64,000 nt of DNA, taken from Cytophagales bacterium (GTDB lineage: Bacteria; Bacteroidota; Bacteroidia; Cytophagales; VRUD01). The position numbers and the translations under genes are program-made. The notes under the pieces are model-generated. The model saw only the letters and a list, made by a program, of their open reading frames with translations, did no database searches and was not told the DNA's origin. How positions within the stretch are numbered: the first letter of the stretch is position 1; every line of letters starts with the position of its first letter. The stretch is taken from NCBI GenBank assembly GCA_019456305.1, contig VRUD01000013.1, positions 1,594 through 65,593 on the forward strand. Reading direction: 5' to 3'. This document shows, piece by piece, positions 1 through 7,267 of this stretch.

Positions 1-2
1 TC

Positions 3-2144
3 TCAGACGCCAATCATTTAGCAAAATTAGTTCCTGAAATCCCAGGCATGACCCTTGATAAAGCTTACCAGGAAAACCCTGAATTGGCACAAAGCAAAAG
101 TTCAAATACACCTAAGGGAAAAGTTCTGCGGCTTGCTGAAACGGTGGAAGGTTCTCCACGTCATACAGGGATACACGCTGCAGGTATTATCATAGCTCCT
201 AACGACCTGCTTGAGCTCATACCTGTCTGCACATCAAAAGAATCAGAGCTGCTGGTAACACAGTACGATGGCTCTGAAATTGAGCATGTAGGAATGCTTA
301 AAATGGACTTTTTGGGTTTAAAAACTTTGACGATCATCAAGGATGCCCTGGAGCTGATAAAGAAAAATCATGGCGTTGAAATTGACATAGAAAACATCCC
401 GTTTGATGATGAAAAAACTTTTCAGCTTTACCAGCAAGGAGACACCATAGGTACTTTCCAATTTGAATCAGAAGGTATGAGAACTTACCTGAAGGAGTTA
501 AAACCAACAAGTTTTGAGGACCTTATTGCCATGAATGCCCTTTACAGGCCCGGGCCAATGCAATTCATCCCCAATTACATAAACCGTAAGCACGGCAAAG
601 AGAAAATTGAATATTCGCATCCCTTATTGGAAGGTATTCTTAAAAATACTTACGGCATCATGGTATACCAGGAGCAGATCATGCAAGCTGCCCGGATCAT
701 AGCTGATTATACTTTAGGAGAAGCAGATATTCTAAGAAAAATAATGGGTAAGAAAAAACCGGAATTACTCCCGCCCGAAGAAAGAAAATTTGTGCCGCGT
801 GCCATATCCAAAGGAATAGATGAAAAGAAGGCAAAAGAAATTTTTGAAATAATGGCACATTTTGGAGGATATGGGTTTAACCGTTCGCATTCTGCTGCAT
901 ATTCTGTGATAGCTTACCAAACCGCCTGGCTTAAGGCACATTACCCGGCAGAATACATGGCTGCCGTACTTACAAATAATATGAATAATATTGATAAAGT
1001 AACTTTCTTTATAGACGAATGTAAAAGACAAAACATAGAAGTATTGGGGCCAGACCTCAATGAAAGCAATATTCATTTTGATATAAATAAAGACAGAAAA
1101 ATACGATTTGGGCTGGGAGCCATAAAAGGAACAGGTGAAGCTGCTGCAATGGAAATCATTTCAGATAGAGAAAAAAACGGGCATTACAAGGATACTTTTG
1201 ACTTTGCTCAAAGGATCAATCTAAGAACGGTCAATAAAAAAACATTTGAAAGTCTCGCATACGCAGGCGCATTTGAGAGTTTTTCAGAAATTCACAGAGC
1301 GCAATATTTTTATAAACAGGATAGTGAGCAGGAAATTCTTATTGAAAAAATCATAAAATTTGGAAATACCTTTCAATTAGAAAAAAATGCTGCTCAACAA
1401 TCTCTATTTGGTAATGGCCAAAACGGAGCAGAATTATTTACTCCCAAAATACCTGATATCGAACCATGGGGAGAAATTGAAAAATTAAGATTAGAAAAAG
1501 AAGTCGTGGGTTTCTATATTTCAGGCCATCCGTTGGATCAATTCAGGATAGATCTGGATAGTTTTTGTACTTGCACGATTGATAAAATTGAAAATTATAA
1601 AAACAGAAGTATTACCGTAGCCGGCATTGTTAATAAAGTAAATGTAAGACAGGGAAAAACCGGGCAGCAATACGCGCTTTTTACAATTGAAGACTATGTT
1701 GATTCGTTGGATTTGGCAGTTTTTGGTGAAGATTACTTAAAAATGGCACATCTGCTGAACCCGGGTGAATTTTTATTTATCAAAGGGACGGTCGGGCTGC
1801 GTTATAATTCAACTGATAAATGGGATTTAAAGCCTCACGCCATCCATTTACTGAGCGAGATAAGAACCAAGCTCAGCAAAGCGCTTGCTATCCAGATAGA
1901 CCTGCAAAAGATCAATGATACAGTGTTGAAAGAAATAGAACGTATAACACATGAAAATCCCGGTAAATGTGAGCTGAGGCTTTCTCTTTATGACTTTTCT
2001 AATTCGGAGAAATCCGAAAACAAAGATATGATCACCGTTGAAATGTTATCCCGTAAAATGAGAGTAAACCCTAATAATGACCTTATTGATAAATTGAGTG
2101 AAATGGATGGGGTTTTTTGTAAATTGATCCCTGTTGTGGTTTAA
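3..2144 (+). CDS. dnaE: DNA polymerase III alpha subunit, C-terminal ~710 aa; the 5' end lies upstream of the window
   Basis: The frame is open from nt 3 (SDANHLAKLVPEIPG precedes the listed Met). Pol III alpha core motifs are present (HAAGIIIAP, MDFLGLKTLT, YRPGPM, GYGFNRSHSAAYS), followed by an OB-fold-like tail. Confidence 0.9.
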   Translation, partial: SDANHLAKLVPEIPGMTLDKAYQENPELAQSKSSNTPKGKVLRLAETVEGSPRHTGIHAAGIIIAPNDLLELIPVCTSKESELLVTQYDGSEIEHVGMLKMDFLGLKTLTIIKDALELIKKNHGVEIDIENIPFDDEKTFQLYQQGDTIGTFQFESEGMRTYLKELKPTSFEDLIAMNALYRPGPMQFIPNYINRKHGKEKIEYSHPLLEGILKNTYGIMVYQEQIMQAARIIADYTLGEADILRKIMGKKKPELLPPEERKFVPRAISKGIDEKKAKEIFEIMAHFGGYGFNRSHSAAYSVIAYQTAWLKAHYPAEYMAAVLTNNMNNIDKVTFFIDECKRQNIEVLGPDLNESNIHFDINKDRKIRFGLGAIKGTGEAAAMEIISDREKNGHYKDTFDFAQRINLRTVNKKTFESLAYAGAFESFSEIHRAQYFYKQDSEQEILIEKIIKFGNTFQLEKNAAQQSLFGNGQNGAELFTPKIPDIEPWGEIEKLRLEKEVVGFYISGHPLDQFRIDLDSFCTCTIDKIENYKNRSITVAGIVNKVNVRQGKTGQQYALFTIEDYVDSLDLAVFGEDYLKMAHLLNPGEFLFIKGTVGLRYNSTDKWDLKPHAIHLLSEIRTKLSKALAIQIDLQKINDTVLKEIERITHENPGKCELRLSLYDFSNSEKSENKDMITVEMLSRKMRVNPNNDLIDKLSEMDGVFCKLIPVVV

Positions 2145-2158
2145 AAATATTTTTGTTA

Positions 2159-2263
2159 TCAATGATCTTTTCGCATCTCTTTTCTCTCTAAATAAAAATG
2201 TACAATCGTCATTACTATGGCGAAAACTACAAACACGACTCCTGTTATTGCAACAATTTCCAT
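2159..2263 (-). CDS. 34-aa single-TM peptide; not in the ORF track because it is under 60 aa
   Basis: My translation is MEIVAITGVVFVVFAIVMTIVHFYLERKEMRKDH. It lies directly downstream of the 60-aa membrane ORF on the same strand. Confidence 0.25.
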   Translation of the reverse strand: MEIVAITGVVFVVFAIVMTIVHFYLERKEMRKDH

Positions 2264-2273
2264 AAGTTATAAA

Positions 2274-2456
2274 TTATTTTTTGATTAAAAAATATCCCCA
2301 TACAAATAAAATTATTGAAGTAATTAAACTAATAATTAACAAGTCAATCTGTATCCCTTTTTCTTTCATCATAATTATTTGACCAACTACGAATGCTATA
2401 AGAATAATCTTCCCAATATCGCAAAACAATTTTGCTAAATATTCTCTTCTATCCAT
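2274..2456 (-). CDS. small membrane protein, 60 aa, hypothetical
   Basis: The ORF has two hydrophobic helices and no recognisable family. Confidence 0.35.
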   Translation of the reverse strand: MDRREYLAKLFCDIGKIILIAFVVGQIIMMKEKGIQIDLLIISLITSIILFVWGYFLIKK

Positions 2457-2514
2457 TTATTTAATTGCCTATTTTTAAAAAGTGTAAGGTGTTTCCACCT
2501 TACACCATAGTGAA

Positions 2515-2973
2515 TTATGCCTTTGGCTTATAAATAGCTCCTGCTATCAAAGCACCGGCAATCGCTTGCAGTAATGAATCTAACATCCATCCTAATGGAA
2601 TGGCTCTACCCAGATCTGCATACATAAGCGCTCCGGTAGAACTTGGCACGCCCATAAGCAAGCCAATTACAATCCCTAAACACAGCGCTGTTTTAGGACC
2701 CGGTCCGCAGCACCCGTTTCTTGCCAAGGTATAAAGATAAGCAATACCGATACCTGCTAATATTGAAAGAACAGGAAAAGCCCATTCACCTAAGTAAGCA
2801 GGCTCAGAAAGCATAGAGGGACACGGCTCTCTTGTAGCAAAATACGTATAGTATTTCCCTAATAAAAAATCATTAATAAGCCATCCAATGATACTCATGC
2901 CTATCCCGGCAGCAATACCACCCGAGATCACCCGGCCCCAGTTGGTTTGGTTTTGTGTCGTTGTGTCTTCCAT
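2515..2973 (-). CDS. hypothetical integral membrane protein (152 aa)
   Basis: The ORF has about four Gly/Ala-rich hydrophobic segments. No competing ORF overlaps it. Confidence 0.55.
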   Translation of the reverse strand: MEDTTTQNQTNWGRVISGGIAAGIGMSIIGWLINDFLLGKYYTYFATREPCPSMLSEPAYLGEWAFPVLSILAGIGIAYLYTLARNGCCGPGPKTALCLGIVIGLLMGVPSSTGALMYADLGRAIPLGWMLDSLLQAIAGALIAGAIYKPKA

Positions 2974-3175
2974 AATTGTTTGGTTTTAAAGATTTACGAG
3001 TATGATTAAAGTGTCAGGCAGAAATCATCCGAGGTACTCGGGATGAACACCACTTTTGACGTCACAAAGTTATTAAATAAAATTTATAAACCAAATGGAT
3101 TCTTATATTTTTTATATCAATAATAAATTCGTACTTTTTCGCAACTGGTGGGAACTTTTTAATGCTAATAGTTAT

Positions 3176-3183
3176 TATATTTG
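3176..3183 (+). promoter_or_regulatory. candidate Bacteroidota -7 box (TAtaTTTG) upstream of trxA
   Basis: The sequence tatatttg matches the TAnnTTTG consensus and lies 60 nt upstream of the trxA ATG. Confidence 0.35.
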
Positions 3184-3242
3184 TATTAAAAAGATTCCAA
3201 ACACTTTAATATTGCTCAACATAAATGTTGAGATACCAAATT

Positions 3243-3563
3243 ATGACAAAACCAAAAGAAATTACCGATGCAAACTTCGATGAAGTGATTGCAACCGACA
3301 AGCCCGTTTTAGTAGATTTCTGGGCAGAATGGTGCGGGCCATGTAAAATGATAGGCCCGTTAGTAGAAGAAATAGCCACAGAATATGACGGTAAAGCAAT
3401 TATTGGCAAAGTAAATGTTGATAACAACCCTAATTCTTCTGCCAAGTATGGCATCAGAAGTATTCCTACTTTATTGTTTTTTAAGAACGGAGAAGTAGTT
3501 GATAAGCAGATTGGGGCTGCTTCAAAAAGTACACTGGCAAAAAAGCTTGATGAGCATATGTAG
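3243..3563 (+). CDS. trxA: thioredoxin
   Basis: It carries the WAEWCGPCK active site, has typical thioredoxin length and shows an [14 protein letters not shown] segment. I prefer the internal Met ([12 protein letters not shown]) over the track start at 3225. Confidence 0.9.
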   Translation: MTKPKEITDANFDEVIATDKPVLVDFWAEWCGPCKMIGPLVEEIATEYDGKAIIGKVNVDNNPNSSAKYGIRSIPTLLFFKNGEVVDKQIGAASKSTLAKKLDEHM

Positions 3564-3583
3564 GACGGATTGTTAATCCGTCC
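3563..3583 (+). terminator. stem-loop overlapping the trxA stop codon
   Basis: ggacggatt / aatccgtcc forms a 9-bp perfect stem with a 3-nt loop. No U-tract follows. Confidence 0.4.
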
Positions 3584-3640
3584 ACGTAATAATGTAATGG
3601 GGGTAGATGGTTTTCCTTATTTCCTTTATACCTTCTTATT

Positions 3641-4183
3641 ATGGTAATGGAAAAGACCTTAACACAAAACAGGATTTATACCTATGATGATCTGAATTAT
3701 TTTCTACCCAATGGAAATTATGAGATCATTGATGGGAAAAAAGTAAATATGTCACCAACAGGATTTATACACGGAGAATTTGAATTTAACATTGCCCGGT
3801 TCTTAAAAGATCACCTTGAGAATAAAGGTTATGTTTCAGTTGGAGAGATTGGAATTGTCATAAGTAAAAAACCATTCAGGCTAAGAGCTGCCGATGTTGT
3901 ATATATTAGCAAAGAGACCTCTGCCAGTAAACCTGAAGGGATACTTGAAATTGCACCTGATCTGATCTTTGAAATTTTATCTAAAGATGATACCATACAA
4001 GATATGAATGATAAGATCAAAGATTATTTGTCAATAGGTGTTAAAAAGATTGTAGTGGTTGATCCTTTTACCAAATCTCTTTCAATTTATCATCAAAATA
4101 AAAAAGATATAAACTTTTACAATTTTGATCAGCAATTTGAGTTGATTGATGGGATAAAAGTAATTACGAATAAAATTATATGA
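3641..4183 (+). CDS. Uma2-family (DUF820) putative PD-(D/E)XK endonuclease
   Basis: The YEIIDGKKVNMSP...GEFEF...APDLIFEILSKDD pattern is typical of the Uma2 family. Confidence 0.75.
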   Translation: MVMEKTLTQNRIYTYDDLNYFLPNGNYEIIDGKKVNMSPTGFIHGEFEFNIARFLKDHLENKGYVSVGEIGIVISKKPFRLRAADVVYISKETSASKPEGILEIAPDLIFEILSKDDTIQDMNDKIKDYLSIGVKKIVVVDPFTKSLSIYHQNKKDINFYNFDQQFELIDGIKVITNKII

Positions 4184-4225
4184 CTATCTGCGCATACGAT
4201 TATCTAATTTCTTTTTACCTTCATT

Positions 4226-6895
4226 CTATTCCCTAAAGTAAACTCGCTTTACTCTCTCACTCACATTGGTTAATATCTCATAAGGAATGGTGCCAATTGA
4301 ATCGGCAAGGTCAGTGATGGGCAGGCCTTTCCCGAAAAGGATCACTTCATCTCCTTCCTGAGCTTTGAACCCTGTTATATCTACCATACACATATCCATA
4401 CATACATCACCCATTACAGGTGCATAACTGCCATTGATCATAACTTTCCCTTTTCCGTTACCAAACCGCCTGTCATACCCATCGGAATAACCAGCGGCTA
4501 TTGTTGCAATTGCCATATTTCTATCTGCTCTTCTTGTTCTGCTACCCTGCCTTTGGTTAGACAGGTAACCGATCGTTTCGCCTTTTTTAATATGCCTGAT
4601 CTGTGAAATTACGGTCTTTAAGGTACCGACATTTTCTAACTCGGGCCAGTCCCCCCTAACAGCCCCCCTAAATCCCCCTGAATCGGTGAATGGGTGAATG
4701 GGTGAATCGGTGAATCGCTTCGTTTTCCCGCTCTCCGTTTCTCCGATTCCCCGTTTCTCCGATTCAGGGGAGTTGGAGGGGAGCTGGTAGAGGGGCTGGA
4801 CACCATAAAGCCCGATACCCAGTCTTACCATATCCATTTGTGCTTCAGGAAAACGGAGAATTCCCGCAGAATTTAAAATATGTTTTACAGCTATATATCC
4901 AATTCCCTTTTCGATTCTGGAAGTCAAAGTTTTAAATTTCTTTATTTGTGTCTTTGTAAACCCATCATGCTTATGCTGATCTGCTCCCGCTAAATGGGAG
5001 AATATACTAACTACTTTTATACTGGAATTGCTTTTAAGCATCTGAATAAGTTCATCAATATCAGTTTTATCAAAACCTAACCGATGCATGCCGGTATCTA
5101 ACTTTATGTGAATATTCAGTGAATCCTTGAAATCTGCTTGTATATCTTTTTTATCTATAAAATATATAAATGATTTTAAAATATTAAGACTGTATATTTC
5201 AGGTTCAAGGCTGTAATCAAGAATTTTTTTGTAAGTCTGCGGTGTGGGATTCATCACCATAATGGGCATTGTGATACCTTTTTCCCGTAATGCTACCCCT
5301 TCATCGGTATAAGCTACTGCCAGGGTTTCAACTACTTCGTATTGTAGCAGATTTGCAATTTCATAGCTTCCACTGCCGTATGAAAATGCCTTAACCATAA
5401 CCATGATCTTAGTTCCTGGATTGAGCGCTGAACGGAAAAAGTTCAGGTTATGAGCAAGCGCGTCTAAATTTATTTCCAGAACGGTACCATGTACCTTTTG
5501 CTCTAACAATGAAGTGATCTTTTCAAATTCAAAAACCCTGGCGCCTTTTACCAAAATACTCTGGTTTGTAAAATCATCCTTGTTAAATTTTTTCAAAAAA
5601 GACTCTGTGTCTTTATAGAATATAGTAGTGATGTGAGAAACTATATCTTTATTTCTTGAAATAACCTCTCCAATGCCGATTAACTTATTTACCTTTTTTT
5701 CTTTCAGGAGATCTCCTATATCAGCGTACAGTTCCTTTTCCTTTAAACCGGATTGCAGCACATCTGATAATATCAAAGTTTTACCAGGATGTTGATTTTG
5801 TTGAGCCAAAAAATCCAGCGCTAATCTAAGACCCGCCAGGTCATTATTGTAAGTATCATCAATGATCGAACAATTATTGATGCCTTCCTTGAGCTCCAAC
5901 CGCATAGCTACTGCGGTGAGATTTTGCATCCTTGTGATTGTATCCTTCAAGTCAATATTGAGATAAAGCAACAAAGCAATACAATGGATTGCATTTTCAA
6001 TAGAGGCATCATCATGAAAAGGAAAGTCAATTTCGGATTTCGGATTATTGATTGTGGATTTTAAATCCGAAATCCGAAATCCAAAATCCGCAATTTTAAA
6101 ATCTGAATCATCATTTTTCGACCACTTAACTGTTTTAATCCCTGTTATTTTTTGAAATGCGACTATCTCTTTATGTAATTCCTCATCGTCTTTACAATAA
6201 ATAAGCGCTTCTGAATTTTTGAACAACTTTAACTTTTCCCTGATCTTTTCAACTTTTGAACCAAAGCCTTCATCGTGAGCGGTACCTATATTTGTAAAAA
6301 TTCCAATAGTCGGACGAATGACCTTTTCCAATCGTTCCATCTCACCGGGTCTCGAAATTCCCGCTTCAAATATCCCGATCGTGTGATTATCATTGGTCTG
6401 CCAAACCGATAAAGGAACTCCTACCTGCGAATTGTAGCTCTTAGGGCTTTTCACCACAGTTTCATCAGGGCTTAGCAACTGTGATAACCACTCTTTAACG
6501 ATGGTTTTACCATTGCTGCCTGTTATGCCAATTACCGGTATATTAAATTGCGACCTGTGATGTGCAGCTAATGTCTGCAAGGCGGAGATACTGTTTTCTA
6601 CCTCTAAAATATTCGCTTCCGGCAAAAGTGTTGGCCAGTTCTCCCTCCCGAGTACTCGGGAGGAGTTAGAGGGGGGCTGCTCTTGCTCAATCACAAATTG
6701 CCTCACCCCTTTTGCATACAACTCTTCCAAAAAATGATGACCATTGTGCCTTTCTCCTTTTAGAGCAAAGAAAAGTGAAGAAGCAGGCGCAACTATTTTT
6801 CTGCTGTCTAATAATAAATGTTGAACAGGCAGGTCGTTAAAGAATTTTATCGTATTTCCTTTGATGATTTTTGCAGCTTTTTGGGAAGTGAGCAT
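4226..6895 (-). CDS. murF-alr: bifunctional UDP-MurNAc-tripeptide--D-Ala-D-Ala ligase (MurF) / alanine racemase (Alr) fusion
   Basis: The N-terminal half is Mur-ligase-like (GITGSNGKTIVKEW, DDTYNNDL). The C-terminal half is alanine-racemase-like (VMVKAFSYGSG with the PLP lysine context, GIGLYG, AGYSDGY). It contains three repeat-derived in-frame segments. Confidence 0.85.
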   Translation of the reverse strand: MLTSQKAAKIIKGNTIKFFNDLPVQHLLLDSRKIVAPASSLFFALKGERHNGHHFLEELYAKGVRQFVIEQEQPPSNSSRVLGRENWPTLLPEANILEVENSISALQTLAAHHRSQFNIPVIGITGSNGKTIVKEWLSQLLSPDETVVKSPKSYNSQVGVPLSVWQTNDNHTIGIFEAGISRPGEMERLEKVIRPTIGIFTNIGTAHDEGFGSKVEKIREKLKLFKNSEALIYCKDDEELHKEIVAFQKITGIKTVKWSKNDDSDFKIADFGFRISDLKSTINNPKSEIDFPFHDDASIENAIHCIALLLYLNIDLKDTITRMQNLTAVAMRLELKEGINNCSIIDDTYNNDLAGLRLALDFLAQQNQHPGKTLILSDVLQSGLKEKELYADIGDLLKEKKVNKLIGIGEVISRNKDIVSHITTIFYKDTESFLKKFNKDDFTNQSILVKGARVFEFEKITSLLEQKVHGTVLEINLDALAHNLNFFRSALNPGTKIMVMVKAFSYGSGSYEIANLLQYEVVETLAVAYTDEGVALREKGITMPIMVMNPTPQTYKKILDYSLEPEIYSLNILKSFIYFIDKKDIQADFKDSLNIHIKLDTGMHRLGFDKTDIDELIQMLKSNSSIKVVSIFSHLAGADQHKHDGFTKTQIKKFKTLTSRIEKGIGYIAVKHILNSAGILRFPEAQMDMVRLGIGLYGVQPLYQLPSNSPESEKRGIGETESGKTKRFTDSPIHPFTDSGGFRGAVRGDWPELENVGTLKTVISQIRHIKKGETIGYLSNQRQGSRTRRADRNMAIATIAAGYSDGYDRRFGNGKGKVMINGSYAPVMGDVCMDMCMVDITGFKAQEGDEVILFGKGLPITDLADSIGTIPYEILTNVSERVKRVYFRE

Positions 6896-7029
6896 AGTTA
6901 TTAATTAAGGATTTATGGTTATAAATTGCAAGTTTTATTTTTATATGGTATTATTGCTACAAAATTATAAAAATATAGTATTATAACATTTTTTAGTATT
7001 GGTATTTTATTTTTTTCAATTCTAAGATA

Positions 7030-7182
7030 TGAGTCCACTCTAAAAAGTCTTTTTTGCCACAAAAGCACAAAAACACTAAACCCCACTAAAAATTAACTAA
7101 TTGATTTTCAGGGTTTTGTGGGATTTAGTGCTTTGGTGTTTTAGTGGCATTTTTATTTTTTGGACTTATTAGAGTGGACTCA
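7030..7182 (+). mobile_element. 153-bp MITE-like palindromic element, copy 1
   Basis: It has 12-bp perfect terminal inverted repeats (tgagtccactct / agagtggactca) and full-length imperfect self-complementarity. Near-identical copies lie at 34326, 45053 and 55708, with a half copy at 52445. Confidence 0.7.
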
Positions 7183-7267
7183 AGTTTTAAATGCTTAAAA
7201 TTTTATTCATTTTTTATTTTTATTAATTAACATGTTTAGTATATTGCAAACTTAAATTAATATCATC

